A DNA stretch of 55,634 nucleotides from Phenylobacterium sp. (GCF_031181185.1 NZ_JAPSKZ010000001.1:1-55634); one strand, 5' to 3'. Counted from the first letter of the stretch, positions 40,100 to 50,479 are shown. Notes: generated by a model not told the origin, from the letters alone. Program-made: numbers and translations.

Positions 40100-40876
40100 A
40101 TGAGCGACATCGACACCACCGGCGACCTGACCGCCACGGACACGACCGGCACGAAGGCGAAGGCCAAGGCCGCCGTCAGCCAGGCGAGCCAGGCGCTGAA
40201 GCAGGAGGCCCAGACCTTCGCGAGCGCCGCCCAGGAGAAGGCGCGAACCGAGGCGCAACGGCGCGCCGAGACGGCGACCAAGACGCTGGGCGACTTCGCC
40301 AACGCCATCCGCCGCGCCGGCGACGAGCTGGCCGAGGCCAACCAGAGCCCGGCCGCCCGCCTGATCGGCCAGGCCGCCGACGGGCTGGAGAACCTGTCCC
40401 GCAACCTGGCGGGCAAGCAGCCCGAAGAGCTGCTGGACGCGGTCCGCGACTTCGGCCGTCGGCACCCGGCGGCGTTTATCGGCGGCGCCGTTCTGGCCGG
40501 CATCGCGCTGGGCCGCTTCGTGCGGGCGAGCGAGGAGGCCTCGGGCTTCAGCAGCGAGGTGGGCGGCGGCGCCTATCCGCTGGCCACGACCGACTATTCG
40601 GGCGCGGCGGGTTCGGACGACCTGGAAGTGGGCGCCGCCGGCGGGTTCGCCAGCGTGCCGACCACCAGCATGGCCTCAGGCCTGACCGGCGCCGAGCAGC
40701 TGGGCGCCACCGGCACTGACGCCGAGGTGCAGTCCGGCGTCGAGGCGGCGACGGGCGATGACAGCCTGGCGGGCGACGGTCTCGGGGACGATCTGGGCGA
40801 TCTGACTCCGTCCGACGCCGACGAGACGAGCACGGCGCCGGGCGCCACGGGCCGCCCCGGCTTCCAGGGGACCTAA
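40100..40876 (+). CDS. Stress/nutrient-deprivation-type protein (ElaB/DUF883-like motif)
   Basis: VRDFGRRHPAAFIGGAVLAGIALGRF; first gene of trio. Confidence 0.8.
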   Translation: MSDIDTTGDLTATDTTGTKAKAKAAVSQASQALKQEAQTFASAAQEKARTEAQRRAETATKTLGDFANAIRRAGDELAEANQSPAARLIGQAADGLENLSRNLAGKQPEELLDAVRDFGRRHPAAFIGGAVLAGIALGRFVRASEEASGFSSEVGGGAYPLATTDYSGAAGSDDLEVGAAGGFASVPTTSMASGLTGAEQLGATGTDAEVQSGVEAATGDDSLAGDGLGDDLGDLTPSDADETSTAPGATGRPGFQGT

Positions 40877-40880
40877 CCCG

Positions 40881-41276
40881 ATGGACGATGCTTCCATGCG
40901 GCAGGATCCACGGAGCCTGCCCGAACTGGTGTCCCAGCTGACGACCGACCTCGCCACCCTGGTGCGCAAGGAATCGGAGCTGGTCCGCACCGAGATGACC
41001 GAGAAGCTGCACGTCGCCGGCAAGGCGGCGGGCGAGATCCTGGCCGGCGGCATCTTCGTGCTGGCCGCGCTGGGCGTGCTGCTGGCCGCGGTGGTGGCCG
41101 GCCTGTCCGAGTATATGCACCCGGCCTTCGCCGCGCTTATCGTGGGCGTGGTGGTGGCGGTCATCGGCATCGTGCTGATCCGCGCCGGGCTCAAGATGAT
41201 GACGCCCGAACACCTGAAGCCGAACCGCTCGACCCGGCAGCTCCAAAAAGACGCCCAGCTTGTGAAGGGAAAATAG
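40881..41276 (+). CDS. Phage-holin_3_6/YhjD-like membrane protein
   Basis: RSLPELV...LVRKESELVRTE, two TMs, P.RS..QL.KD. Confidence 0.88.
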   Translation: MDDASMRQDPRSLPELVSQLTTDLATLVRKESELVRTEMTEKLHVAGKAAGEILAGGIFVLAALGVLLAAVVAGLSEYMHPAFAALIVGVVVAVIGIVLIRAGLKMMTPEHLKPNRSTRQLQKDAQLVKGK

Positions 41277-41277
41277 A

Positions 41278-42144
41278 ATGGCCAAGTCATCGGCAGACGT
41301 GGAGCGCGAGGTCGAGGCCACGCGCGGGCAGATCGACCGGACGGTCGAGGCCTTGAAGGAAAAGATGCAACCCAAGGAACTGTTCGACGAGGCGACGAGG
41401 ATCATGGGCGGAACGAGCAACAAGGTCCTGACCACGGTGGTGGAGCAGGCCAAGGAAAACCCGATCCCGATCGCGCTGATCGGCGCGGGGATCGCGTGGC
41501 TGGCGCTGAGCCAGTCGAAGCGGAAGCCTGCGTACGACCCCTATTCGGGCCAGGGCTACTACGAGACCTACGAAGGCTATGACGAAAGCGGCGGCATGAA
41601 GGGCAAGATCAGATCGAAGGCCCGCGACGCCGTCCAAGCGGCCAAGTCCGGCATCTCGACCGCCAAGGAGAAGGTCTCGGGCGCCGTCGAAGGCGCGCGG
41701 ACCAGCACGGCCGACGGCGTCGGCACGGCCAAGATGAAGGCGTCGGGCCTGACGGCCCAGGCGCAGGCCCGGGCCGACGAGCTGCGCCTGCGCGCCCAGC
41801 AACGCTACCAGCAGACGCTGGACACCGAGCCGCTGATCCTGGGCGCCATCGGGGTGGCCGTGGGCATGGCCATCGGCGCCTCGTTCCCGGCGACCCGCAC
41901 CGAGAACCGCTACATCGGCCCGCACCGCGACAAGCTCGTGGGCCGCGGCCGCGAGATGGCCAAGACCTCCCTGGAGGAAGCCCGGTCGGTGGCCGAGCGC
42001 GCCTATGGCCAGGTGAAGGAAGAGCTGCACCGCCAGACCGGTCCGGAAGGCGAGGGCTCGACCCTGAAGGACAAGGCCAAGGCGCTCGCCGACGCCGGCG
42101 TCTCGACCGTCCGCGAAGAAGTGGACGGCCGGCTGGCGCACTAG
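41278..42144 (+). CDS. DUF3618-domain protein
   Basis: DVEREVEATRGQIDRTVEAL; ENPIPIALIG; P.T..EN..IG. Confidence 0.88.
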   Translation: MAKSSADVEREVEATRGQIDRTVEALKEKMQPKELFDEATRIMGGTSNKVLTTVVEQAKENPIPIALIGAGIAWLALSQSKRKPAYDPYSGQGYYETYEGYDESGGMKGKIRSKARDAVQAAKSGISTAKEKVSGAVEGARTSTADGVGTAKMKASGLTAQAQARADELRLRAQQRYQQTLDTEPLILGAIGVAVGMAIGASFPATRTENRYIGPHRDKLVGRGREMAKTSLEEARSVAERAYGQVKEELHRQTGPEGEGSTLKDKAKALADAGVSTVREEVDGRLAH

Positions 42145-42155
42145 CGCGGGGTGAT

Positions 42156-42310
42156 CCTCCTCTCCCCGCGGGAGAAGGTGTCAGCTGGAAGCTGAGGAAC
42201 GAGGGGTCGCACGGCGCGTCTGTGCGGCCCCTCTTCGTTCGCGCGCGAGCGTGGAGAAACCCCTCATCCGACCCGCTGCGCCGGCCACCTTCTTCCGCAA
42301 GCGGAGAAGG
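42156..42310. repeat. CIR/RPE-like alphaproteobacterial intergenic repeat
   Basis: CTCTCCC..GGGAGAAGGTG...GAGGGG...CCCCTCATCCG...CACCTTCT...GGAGAAGG nested inverted structure between convergent genes. Confidence 0.8.
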
Positions 42311-43276
42311 TCAGAAGAACGCCCGTAGGCCCACGACCAGACGGGTGTCTTCCACGTCTTCGCCGGCAGCGCGGGCGTAGTCGGCGGTGTCGCCGAACTT
42401 CCGCTCGTAGTGGACGCCGACGTAGGGCGAGACCTCTCGCAGGCCCAGGTCGTAGCGCAGGCGAAGGCCCAGCTCGACGTCGGAGAGGCCGGAGCCCACG
42501 CCGACGGCCGGATCATCGCCGGCTGCCAGACTCAGCTCGGCCGACGGCTCCAAGATCAGGCGGTTGGTCAGCCGCAGATCGTAAGAACCTTCCAGGCGGG
42601 CCGACAGGTCGCCCTTGTGCGAGAGGAAGAGCGCGCCTTCCAGCTCGAACCAGTAGGGGGCGAGACCCTCGAAGCCGAGCGCCGCATAGGTGCGCCGCGG
42701 GCGGGGCTGGAAGTCCTGGCGCACGCCCGCCTGGACGTCGAAATAAGGACCGATGGCGTGCGACCACAGGGCCTGGACCTCGGCGGCCTCGAGATGGCCG
42801 CCGGTCTCCCCTTCGCCCTCGGTCTTCAGGGCTAGCCGGTCCACGTCGCCGCCGTAGCGGTATTCCGCCTGCCAAGCGAAGCCGTCCGGGCCGGAGGCCG
42901 GGCGCAGCTCCAGCTGGTCGATCCGCAGCATCCAGTGGCGCATGCCGCCGTGCTCGGCGGCGAGGATCGCCCGCGAGCGGTCCATGGCGGCCTTGTCCCA
43001 GACGCCGTCGGCCAGCTTGTCGGTGGGCGGCGGCGGGGCGGGCGAAGACCCGACCGGCAGGTCGGCGCCGGTCTGGCCCACGGCATGGCCGGCGTGCGGG
43101 TCGGCCGCTGCGGCTGGGGCCTGATGGTGCGCGTGCGGATCGGCCGCCGGCGCGTGCGCGGGTTTAGGCGCTGGCGCGGCCGTCGGCGGGGCGTGGTGGT
43201 TGGCGTGCGGGTCCTGGGCGTGGGCGGCCGAAGCCATTGCAAGGAGCGGCAGGGCCAGGAGGACAGGGCGGCTCAT
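42311..43276 (-). CDS. pcoB: Copper resistance outer-membrane protein B
   Basis: DPHAxH repeats, GLAPYWFE, LGLRLRY, C-terminal RAFF. Confidence 0.93.
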   Translation of the reverse strand: MSRPVLLALPLLAMASAAHAQDPHANHHAPPTAAPAPKPAHAPAADPHAHHQAPAAAADPHAGHAVGQTGADLPVGSSPAPPPPTDKLADGVWDKAAMDRSRAILAAEHGGMRHWMLRIDQLELRPASGPDGFAWQAEYRYGGDVDRLALKTEGEGETGGHLEAAEVQALWSHAIGPYFDVQAGVRQDFQPRPRRTYAALGFEGLAPYWFELEGALFLSHKGDLSARLEGSYDLRLTNRLILEPSAELSLAAGDDPAVGVGSGLSDVELGLRLRYDLGLREVSPYVGVHYERKFGDTADYARAAGEDVEDTRLVVGLRAFF

Positions 43277-45048
43277 CGAGCGTCTCCGCGCACCGCGAAC
43301 ACCTGGAACATGCCAGCGTGCATGTGGAACATCATGTGGCAGTGGAAGGCCCAGTCGCCGGCCTCGGGCGTGAAGTCGAAGGCGACCTTGCCGCCGGGCG
43401 CCACGTTGACCGTGTGCTTGCGCGGCATGTGGCCGACCGGCCCGTGCACCAGCTCGAAGAAGTGGCCGTGCAGGTGGATGGGGTGGGTCATCATGGTGTC
43501 GTTGACCAGGGTGACGCGCACCCGCTCGCCGGCCCGGAACGTGTAGGGCGACGGTCCCTCGGAATACTTCTTCCCGTCGAAGCCCCACATGAACCGCTCC
43601 ATGTTGCCGGTGAGGCGGATCTCCAGCGCGCGGTCGGGCGCGCGGGTGTCGGGGTTCGGGTGCAGGGCGACGAGGTCGCGGTAGGTCAGCACGCGGTGGC
43701 CGACGCTTTCCAGGCCCTGGCCCGGCTCGCCGGTGCGATCCTGGGGCAGGGGCGCGATCGACTGGACGCCGGGCCCGGGCTTCACCTGGGGGGCCTTCGA
43801 GAAGTCCAGCATGTCCATCTCGTGGCCCATCACGTCCGAGCCGCGGACGCGCGGCGGGGCCATGCCGGGCGCGGCGGCCGGCGGACCGTGACCCTCATGG
43901 CCCGTGGCGGAGCCGCCGCCGTGACCGGCGTGCGCGGCCATGTCCATGCCCATGTCCTTCATGGTCCCCAGCGGCCGCTCGCGGAGCGGCGGGACCTCGG
44001 CGCTCATGCCGGGCCGCGGGGCCAGGGTGGCGCGGGCGAGGCCCGAGCGGTCCACCGCCTCGGCCACGAAGGTGAAGGCGCGGTCCTCGGTCGGCGTGAC
44101 GATCAGGTCGTAGGTCTCGGCGTTGCCGATCTGCAGCTCGTCCACCTGGACCGGACGGACGTCCTGGCCGTCGGAGGCCACGACCGTCAGCTTCAGGCCC
44201 GGCACGCGGATGTTGAAGATCGTCTGGGCGGCGGCGTTGACGATCCGCAGCCGCACGCGCTCGCCTGGCTGGAACAGCGCGGTCCAGTTGTCGTCGGGGC
44301 CGTGGCCGTTGATCAGGTAGGTGTAGACCGCGCCGGTCACGTCCGAGATGTCGGTCGGGTCCATGCGCATCTTCGCCCATTCGAGCCGCTCGGCCAGGGT
44401 CTGGTCCTTGCCGGCCAGCAGTCCGGCCAGCGTCTGCTTCTGGAAGTTGAAGACGCCGCCCTGGGCCTTCATGCGTCGGAAGATCGTGTGCGGGTGGACG
44501 AAGCTGAAGTCCGAGAGGACCAGGACGTGCTCGCGGTCGTACGGGTGCGGCTCGGCGCCCGCGGGGTCGATGACCATCGGCGCGTAGTGCCCCATCGGCT
44601 CCTGCAGGCCCGAATGGCTGTGGTACCAGTAGGTCCCGCTCTGGATGACCGGGAACTCGTAGGTGAAGGTCTCGCCCGGCCGGATGCCCGGGAAGCTGAC
44701 GCCCGGCACGCCGTCCATCTGGAAGGGCACCAGCAAGCCATGCCAGTGGATCGAGGTGTCCTCGGCGAGGGTGTTGGTCACGTGCAGGCGGACCTTCTGG
44801 CCCTCCTTCAGGCGGATCAGCGGGCCCGGGACCGTGCCGTTGATAGTCACCGCGTGACCTGACCGGCCGTGCACCGTGTGGTGCGCATGCCCGATGGTGA
44901 GGCGGATGTCCTCGCCCGAGAGGGTCTGGAGACCCGCGCTCGCGCTGCGCGCCCAGGCCGGCAGCAGGCCTGACAGCGCCAGCCCTCCGCCGGCGACGGC
45001 GGCCCGCAGCAGCCGGCGGCGGTCGATTTCACGGGGCGGCGAACGCAT
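43273..45048 (-). CDS. pcoA: Periplasmic multicopper oxidase (CopA/PcoA type)
   Basis: Tat RR, HWH, WYHSH, HPIHLHGH, HCHMMFHMHAGM. Confidence 0.96.
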   Translation of the reverse strand: MRSPPREIDRRRLLRAAVAGGGLALSGLLPAWARSASAGLQTLSGEDIRLTIGHAHHTVHGRSGHAVTINGTVPGPLIRLKEGQKVRLHVTNTLAEDTSIHWHGLLVPFQMDGVPGVSFPGIRPGETFTYEFPVIQSGTYWYHSHSGLQEPMGHYAPMVIDPAGAEPHPYDREHVLVLSDFSFVHPHTIFRRMKAQGGVFNFQKQTLAGLLAGKDQTLAERLEWAKMRMDPTDISDVTGAVYTYLINGHGPDDNWTALFQPGERVRLRIVNAAAQTIFNIRVPGLKLTVVASDGQDVRPVQVDELQIGNAETYDLIVTPTEDRAFTFVAEAVDRSGLARATLAPRPGMSAEVPPLRERPLGTMKDMGMDMAAHAGHGGGSATGHEGHGPPAAAPGMAPPRVRGSDVMGHEMDMLDFSKAPQVKPGPGVQSIAPLPQDRTGEPGQGLESVGHRVLTYRDLVALHPNPDTRAPDRALEIRLTGNMERFMWGFDGKKYSEGPSPYTFRAGERVRVTLVNDTMMTHPIHLHGHFFELVHGPVGHMPRKHTVNVAPGGKVAFDFTPEAGDWAFHCHMMFHMHAGMFQVFAVRGDAR

Positions 45049-45082
45049 GGGTACTGTCCTGGACGAGAGACGGGGGATTCGG

Positions 45083-45796
45083 ATGCTTCGCTGGTCGACC
45101 CAGATCCATAAATGGCTGGCGCTGGTCGTGGGTCTGCAGGTGCTGGGCTGGGTCCTGGGCGGGCTGGTGATGACCGCCATACCGATCGAGATCGTGCGAA
45201 GCGAGCACCGCCTGATGGAAGCGGCGAAGCCGCCGCTGCCGGTGGGCGGCCTGCTGGACCATGCCGCCGCGGGGCGCGCCGCGGGTGTGCAGCCGGTTGA
45301 GGCGGCGCTGAAGCAGACCCCGCGCGGGACGTTCTGGGTGCTGAAGGACGCAGGTGGCGAGACCCGCGCGGTCGACGCCGCCACCGGTCGGCCGATGCCG
45401 CGCCTGACGAAGGACGAGGCCGTGCGGATCGCGGGCTCGCTCTACCAGGGCCCCGGCCGGGCGGTCGCTGCGCGCTGGTATGACGAGGCGCCCCAGGAGA
45501 CCGGGAAGGAAGGACCGCTGTGGCGGATCGACTTCGACGACCCCGAGGGCACGGCCTTCTACCTTTCGCCGGAAACCGGCGAGCTCTTGAGCCGCCGGTC
45601 CAACGTCTGGCGCTTCTACGACTTCTTCTGGCGGATCCACATCCTGGACTTCAAGGACGGCGAGGACTTCAACCACCCGCTGCTGATCGGGGCCGCGGCC
45701 CTGACCCTGCCGATGGTGGTCACCGGCTTCGTCCTGCTGTGGATCCGGCTGAGACGCGACCTGGCCGCGGCTCGGGCGCGGCGGCGGGCCGCCTGA
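45083..45796 (+). CDS. PepSY-associated TM protein
   Basis: IHKWLAL, VDAATG, WRFYDFFWRIHILD. Confidence 0.88.
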   Translation: MLRWSTQIHKWLALVVGLQVLGWVLGGLVMTAIPIEIVRSEHRLMEAAKPPLPVGGLLDHAAAGRAAGVQPVEAALKQTPRGTFWVLKDAGGETRAVDAATGRPMPRLTKDEAVRIAGSLYQGPGRAVAARWYDEAPQETGKEGPLWRIDFDDPEGTAFYLSPETGELLSRRSNVWRFYDFFWRIHILDFKDGEDFNHPLLIGAAALTLPMVVTGFVLLWIRLRRDLAAARARRRAA

Positions 45797-45798
45797 CG

Positions 45799-46017
45799 TC
45801 AGTGCTGGTGCTGGGGCTCGGGCGCAGGCTTCGGCGCATCCGGCTTCGGCTGGGCCTTGTGGCCATCGCAGCACGGCATCGGCTTGCCGTCCTTCATCTG
45901 GTCGCAGCAGGGCTTCTTGTCCTTGCAGCAGGCCATTTCCTCGGCGGCCGCCACGGCGCCGGCGGCCATCAGGCTGAGGGTCAGGCCGACGGCGGCCGAC
46001 TTCAGGAGCTTCATCAT
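45799..46017 (-). CDS. Small exported Cys-Cys-rich protein
   Basis: Signal peptide, three CC pairs, HQH terminus; GGAGA RBS. Confidence 0.8.
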   Translation of the reverse strand: MMKLLKSAAVGLTLSLMAAGAVAAAEEMACCKDKKPCCDQMKDGKPMPCCDGHKAQPKPDAPKPAPEPQHQH

Positions 46018-46089
46018 GCTCGGTCTCTCCAGGGGTTGAGCTGAACGGGATCATAGCGGAAGGGGCCGCGGCGGCGAAGGGCGCGGCGC

Positions 46090-46365
46090 CTAGCGGGCCG
46101 TGCGTTCCAGGAGCTGGATCAGCTCGGACGCCTTCTTGCGCTGCTCGTCCTTGTCGCCGGCGATGATGGCGCCTTCGATGCAGTGGCCCAGGTGGTCGCG
46201 CAGCATCTCGGTCTCGACCTTGGCGAGCGCGGCGCGGACGGCCTGCAGCTGCGTCAGCACATCAATGCAGTAGCGGTCCTCCTCGACCATGCGGGCGATG
46301 CCGCGGACCTGACCTTCGATGCGGTTCAGGCGGTTGAGCAGGCGGGGCTTGTTCTCGCGTTCCAT
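46090..46365 (-). CDS. csoR: CsoR/RcnR-family metal-sensing repressor
   Basis: RLNRIEGQVRGI..M...RYCIDV...HLGHC. Confidence 0.93.
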   Translation of the reverse strand: MERENKPRLLNRLNRIEGQVRGIARMVEEDRYCIDVLTQLQAVRAALAKVETEMLRDHLGHCIEGAIIAGDKDEQRKKASELIQLLERTAR

Positions 46366-46391
46366 CAGGCGCTCCAGGACGTGACCGGAAC

Positions 46392-46470
46392 ATATACCCC
46401 CAGACGGTAATTGCAATATGCCCGTCGGGGGTATATCTGCAGCGCACAAACCGATGCCCCGCCGGGGTAT
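46392..46470. promoter_or_regulatory. CsoR-type operators (TAC/C-tract...G-tract/GTA), three sites
   Basis: ATATACCCCC...GGGGGTATAT (46392-46436) and ATGCCCCGCCGGGGTAT (46454-46470) between divergent genes. Confidence 0.8.
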
Positions 46471-46491
46471 AAGAAGGATGGAGGCCGAACG

Positions 46492-48885
46492 ATGGCCAAG
46501 GCGCACGAACATCACCACGGCTCGCACGCGGGCCACGCTCACGGGTCCGGCCACGCCTGCTGTCACGGCGACCAGGGCCAGGGCGCGCCCGAGGGCAAGG
46601 CGCTGGACCCCGTCTGCGGGATGACCGTCGATCCGGCGACGACGCCGCACCATGCCCAACATGCTGGGGAGGCCTTCCATTTCTGCTCCGCGGGGTGCCG
46701 GACGAAGTTCCAGGCCGACCCGGCCAAGTACCTGGAGAAGGACAAGCGTGCGGCCGAGCCGCCCCCGCCGCCGGGAACGATCTACACCTGCCCGATGCAC
46801 CCGGAGGTGAGGCAGGAGGGGCCGGGGAGCTGCCCGATCTGCGGCATGGCGCTGGAGCCCGAGCTGGTCACCGCCGACTCCGGGCCGAACCCGGAGCTGG
46901 CGGACATGAGCCGGCGGTTCTGGATCGGCCTGGTGCTGGCCCTGCCGGTGTTCGCGCTGGAGATGGGCGGGCACCTCGTCCCGAACCTGCACCACTATGT
47001 CTCGGCCACGGCGTCCAACTGGATCCAGCTGGCGCTCGCCACGCCCGTGGTGCTGTGGGCGGGCTGGCCGTTCTTCGAGCGCGGCTGGCGTTCGCTGGTC
47101 ACGCGCAACCTCAACATGTTCACGCTGATCGCCATGGGCGTCGGGGTGGCGTGGACCTACAGCCTGGTGGCGACGCTGGCGCCGCAGGTGTTCCCGGCGG
47201 CGTTCCGCGGGCCGGACGGGGCGGTCCCGATCTACTTCGAGGCCGCGGCGGTGATCACGGTGCTGGTGCTGCTGGGCCAGGTGCTGGAGCTGCGGGCCCG
47301 GGACCAGACCTCGGGCGCGATCAAGGCGCTGCTGGACCTGGCGCCCAAGACCGCGCGACGGGTGCGCAACGACGGCGCCGACGAGGAGGTGGGCCTGGAC
47401 CAGGTGCAGGTCGGCGACCGGCTGCGGGTGCGGCCGGGCGAGAAGATCCCCGTCGACGGCGAGGTGCTGGACGGCCGCGTGGCGATCGACGAGTCGATGG
47501 TGACGGGCGAGTCCATGCCCGTGACCAAGACGGCCGGCGACCGTGTGATCGGCGGCTCGATCAACAAGACCGGCTCGTTCGTCATGCGGGCCGAGAAGGT
47601 CGGCGCCGAGACCCTGCTGTCGCAGATCGTGCAGATGGTGGCCCAGGCGCAGCGGAGCCGGGCGCCGATCCAGCGGCTGGCCGACCTGGTCTCGGGCTGG
47701 TTCGTGCCGGCGGTGATCGTGGCCGCGGGCCTGGCTTTCGCCGGCTGGGCGGCGTGGGGACCCGAGCCGCGGCTGGGCTACGCCCTGGTGGCGGCGGTGT
47801 CGGTGCTGATCATCGCCTGTCCCTGTGCGCTGGGGCTGGCGACGCCGCTGTCGATCATGGTGGGCGTGGGCCGCGGCGCCCAGGCGGGCGTGCTGATCAA
47901 GAACGCCGAGGCGCTGGAGCGCTTCGAGACGATCGACACCCTGGTGGTCGACAAGACCGGCACCCTGACGGAAGGCCGGCCGGCGGTGACGGCGATCCGC
48001 ACGCAGGGGATGGACGAGGCCGAGGCGCTCCGGCTGGCCGCCAGCCTCGAGCGCGGCAGCGAGCATCCCCTCGCCGAGGCGATCCTTCGGGCGGCGCGCG
48101 AGCGGGAACTGGCGCTCTCGGAGCCGGCCGACTTCGACTCGCCGGTGGGCAAGGGCGTGTTGGGCGTCGTGGACGGCCGCCGCGTGATGCTGGGTTCGGG
48201 CCGCTTCCTGGCCGAGCAGGGCGTGGACACGACCGCGTTGGACGCCGAGGCCGAGGCGCTGCGGGCCGACGGCGCCACGGCGATCTTCATGGCCGTGGAC
48301 GGGAAGGCGGCCGGGGTGTTCGCCATCGCCGATCCGATCAAGGCGACCACGGCCGAGGCGATCCGGGCGCTGAAGGCGGACGGGCTGCGGCTGGTGATGA
48401 TGACCGGCGACAATCGCACGACGGCGCTGGCGGTGGCGCGCAAGCTGGGCATCGATGAGGTCGAGGCCGAGGTGCTGCCGCAGGACAAGGCCGCCGTGGT
48501 CGAGAAGCTGCGGGGCGAGGGCCGTCGCGTGGCCATGGCGGGCGACGGCGTCAACGATGCGCCGGCTTTGGCCGCCGCAGACGTGGGCGTCGCGATGGGC
48601 GCCGGCGCGGACGTCGCCATCGAGAGCGCCGGCGTGACCCTGCTGAAGGGCGACCTGCAGGGCCTGGTGAAGGCGCGGCGGCTGTCGCGGGCGGTGATGG
48701 CGAACATCCGGCAAAACCTGTTCTTCGCCTTCGCCTACAACGCGGCCGGCGTGCCGCTGGCGGCGGGGATGCTCTATCCGCTGTTCGGCTGGCTGCTGTC
48801 GCCGGCGGTGGCGGCCGGCGCCATGGCGCTTTCCAGCGTCAGCGTCGTGGCCAACGCCCTGCGTCTGCGGGCGGTGCGGCTCTGA
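46492..48885 (+). CDS. Cu(I)-translocating P1B-type ATPase (His-rich, YHS and CPMH domains)
   Basis: DPVCGM, YTCPMHP, TGES, CPC, DKTGT, GDGVND, YN, MALSS. Confidence 0.97.
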   Translation: MAKAHEHHHGSHAGHAHGSGHACCHGDQGQGAPEGKALDPVCGMTVDPATTPHHAQHAGEAFHFCSAGCRTKFQADPAKYLEKDKRAAEPPPPPGTIYTCPMHPEVRQEGPGSCPICGMALEPELVTADSGPNPELADMSRRFWIGLVLALPVFALEMGGHLVPNLHHYVSATASNWIQLALATPVVLWAGWPFFERGWRSLVTRNLNMFTLIAMGVGVAWTYSLVATLAPQVFPAAFRGPDGAVPIYFEAAAVITVLVLLGQVLELRARDQTSGAIKALLDLAPKTARRVRNDGADEEVGLDQVQVGDRLRVRPGEKIPVDGEVLDGRVAIDESMVTGESMPVTKTAGDRVIGGSINKTGSFVMRAEKVGAETLLSQIVQMVAQAQRSRAPIQRLADLVSGWFVPAVIVAAGLAFAGWAAWGPEPRLGYALVAAVSVLIIACPCALGLATPLSIMVGVGRGAQAGVLIKNAEALERFETIDTLVVDKTGTLTEGRPAVTAIRTQGMDEAEALRLAASLERGSEHPLAEAILRAARERELALSEPADFDSPVGKGVLGVVDGRRVMLGSGRFLAEQGVDTTALDAEAEALRADGATAIFMAVDGKAAGVFAIADPIKATTAEAIRALKADGLRLVMMTGDNRTTALAVARKLGIDEVEAEVLPQDKAAVVEKLRGEGRRVAMAGDGVNDAPALAAADVGVAMGAGADVAIESAGVTLLKGDLQGLVKARRLSRAVMANIRQNLFFAFAYNAAGVPLAAGMLYPLFGWLLSPAVAAGAMALSSVSVVANALRLRAVRL

Positions 48886-48943
48886 GGCGGAACCCGAGGC
48901 GGGGGCAGCGGCTTCAGCGTTCGGTCCAACTCAGGAGGGACCT

Positions 48944-49246
48944 ATGACGAGGATGCGGAACACCGCGGTCGCCGCCGCGGCCCTGCTGGCCAGCGCGGGA
49001 CTGATCACCGCCTGCAGCGGGGAGCGCGAAGCCGAGGTCGACACGGGCACGGCGCAGGCCGAGGTCAGCACCGACCTTCCCGAGAGCCAGGTGAGCGACG
49101 CGCAACTGAAGGCCGCCGCCGAGGGCGCGGCTGCGGTGGCCGAGACGCCGCAGGGTTCGAACACCTCGGTGGTCGTGACCCCGCCGCCCACGACCGGCAA
49201 CGCCGCCAGCGGGACGACGACCGGCGGCGCGACGACGCCCCAGTAA
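48944..49246 (+). CDS. Small low-complexity lipoprotein
   Basis: Lipobox ITAC; AGGAGG RBS; weak GGAAC-N17-GCTT at 48889-48914. Confidence 0.8.
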   Translation: MTRMRNTAVAAAALLASAGLITACSGEREAEVDTGTAQAEVSTDLPESQVSDAQLKAAAEGAAAVAETPQGSNTSVVVTPPPTTGNAASGTTTGGATTPQ

Positions 49247-49252
49247 GACCGA

Positions 49253-50479
49253 TTAGCGTGCGGCGCTCCACGCCCGGAGCGCCGCCGCCGCACGCCAGCC
49301 CAGCCAGGCGCCGGGCAGCATCAGCGCGCCCGCGGCGACGATGGGCGCCCAGGATCCCACTTCCGAGAAGAGGGCCCCGCCCAGCAGCGGGCCCATGACG
49401 CGCGCTAGCGAGCCTGAGGCTGTGGCGGCGCCCAGCACCGCGCCCTGGCGGTCGGCGGTGGTCGAGCGCGAGGCCAGGGACATGGCGGCCGGCTGCCAGG
49501 CTGCGTGGCCGGTCACCGAGGCCAGGAGCAGGATGGTGGCGATCCAGCCGAACGGCGCGCCGGCCATGGCGATGGTGGCGACCGCAGAGGTCACGAGGCC
49601 CACGGCGATCGTCGCGCCGGCGCCGATGCGGCGGACCATCATGCCGGAGAACACGCCCTGAGTGAGGGCCGCGGCGACGCCGGTCAGGGCGAAGGCCAGA
49701 CCCACCTGGCGCGGACCCCAGTCGAACCGGGCGTCCAGCCACAGGCCCAGCACCGCCCAGAGGCCCGAGCCTGCGAAGAAGCCGAAGAAGATGGTGGCGA
49801 AGACCAGCGTCAGGACGGGGTGGCCGGCGACTTCCTTGAGCCCCGCGAGCGGGCTGCGGCGCACCTTTGGGGAGCGGTCCGGCTGGCGGAACTCGCGGAC
49901 GAAGACGAGGATGCCGACCACCGCGACCAAGCAGAGGCCGGCGGCCAGCAGGAGCGGCGGACGGAAGCCTGCGGCGCCGAGTTCGGGCCGGGCCATCGGC
50001 GGCCTGATGGCGGGCCCCACCACGAAGCCGACCCCGAAGGCCGAACCCACCAGGCCGAGCCGTCCGGCCAGCCGCTCGGGCGGGGAGACGTCAACGATGT
50101 AGCCCTGGATGGCCGACATGTTGCCCGAGAAGAAGCCGGCGAAGGCGCGTGCGGCGACGGCCAGCCAGATGTTCGGCGCGAAGGCCAGGGCCACATAGCC
50201 CAGGGCCGAGGCGATGATGGTGATCAGCAGCACCGGCCGGCGGCCGATCCGGTCCGACAGGCGACCCCAGGTGAGCTCGCCCAGGAACTGGCCGGCCGAG
50301 AAGACCGAGAACAGCAGGGTGACCTGCCACGCCTCGGCCTCGAAGACCGTGGCGAAGAACGGCAGCAGCGGGATGACCACGCCGAAGCCGATCAGGCTGA
50401 GGAACACCAGGAGCAGCAGGACGGGCAGGGCGCCCTTCGGCGCCGCTGTGGTCGTCTGCTGGGGTTCGGAGGGCGCCAT
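49253..50479 (-). CDS. TetA-like DHA1 MFS transporter with altered motif C
   Basis: GRLSDRIGRRP motif A; about 12 TMs; GPAIRPPM where GPxxGG is expected. Confidence 0.92.
   Translation of the reverse strand: MAPSEPQQTTTAAPKGALPVLLLLVFLSLIGFGVVIPLLPFFATVFEAEAWQVTLLFSVFSAGQFLGELTWGRLSDRIGRRPVLLITIIASALGYVALAFAPNIWLAVAARAFAGFFSGNMSAIQGYIVDVSPPERLAGRLGLVGSAFGVGFVVGPAIRPPMARPELGAAGFRPPLLLAAGLCLVAVVGILVFVREFRQPDRSPKVRRSPLAGLKEVAGHPVLTLVFATIFFGFFAGSGLWAVLGLWLDARFDWGPRQVGLAFALTGVAAALTQGVFSGMMVRRIGAGATIAVGLVTSAVATIAMAGAPFGWIATILLLASVTGHAAWQPAAMSLASRSTTADRQGAVLGAATASGSLARVMGPLLGGALFSEVGSWAPIVAAGALMLPGAWLGWRAAAALRAWSAAR

Noticed and set aside
40881-41276. Holin as evidence of a prophage or as partner of the spanin-like pair
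   Set aside because: This family usually sits in the cellular DUF3618 stress trio; no phage genes; 34 kb away
42156-42310. Novel ncRNA or IS element
   Set aside because: Matches the known CIR/RPE-type intergenic repeat pattern; no transposase
46366-48714. 874-aa ORF seeming to fuse CsoR to a large domain
   Set aside because: Only the last 91 aa are CsoR; the rest is antisense to the ATPase
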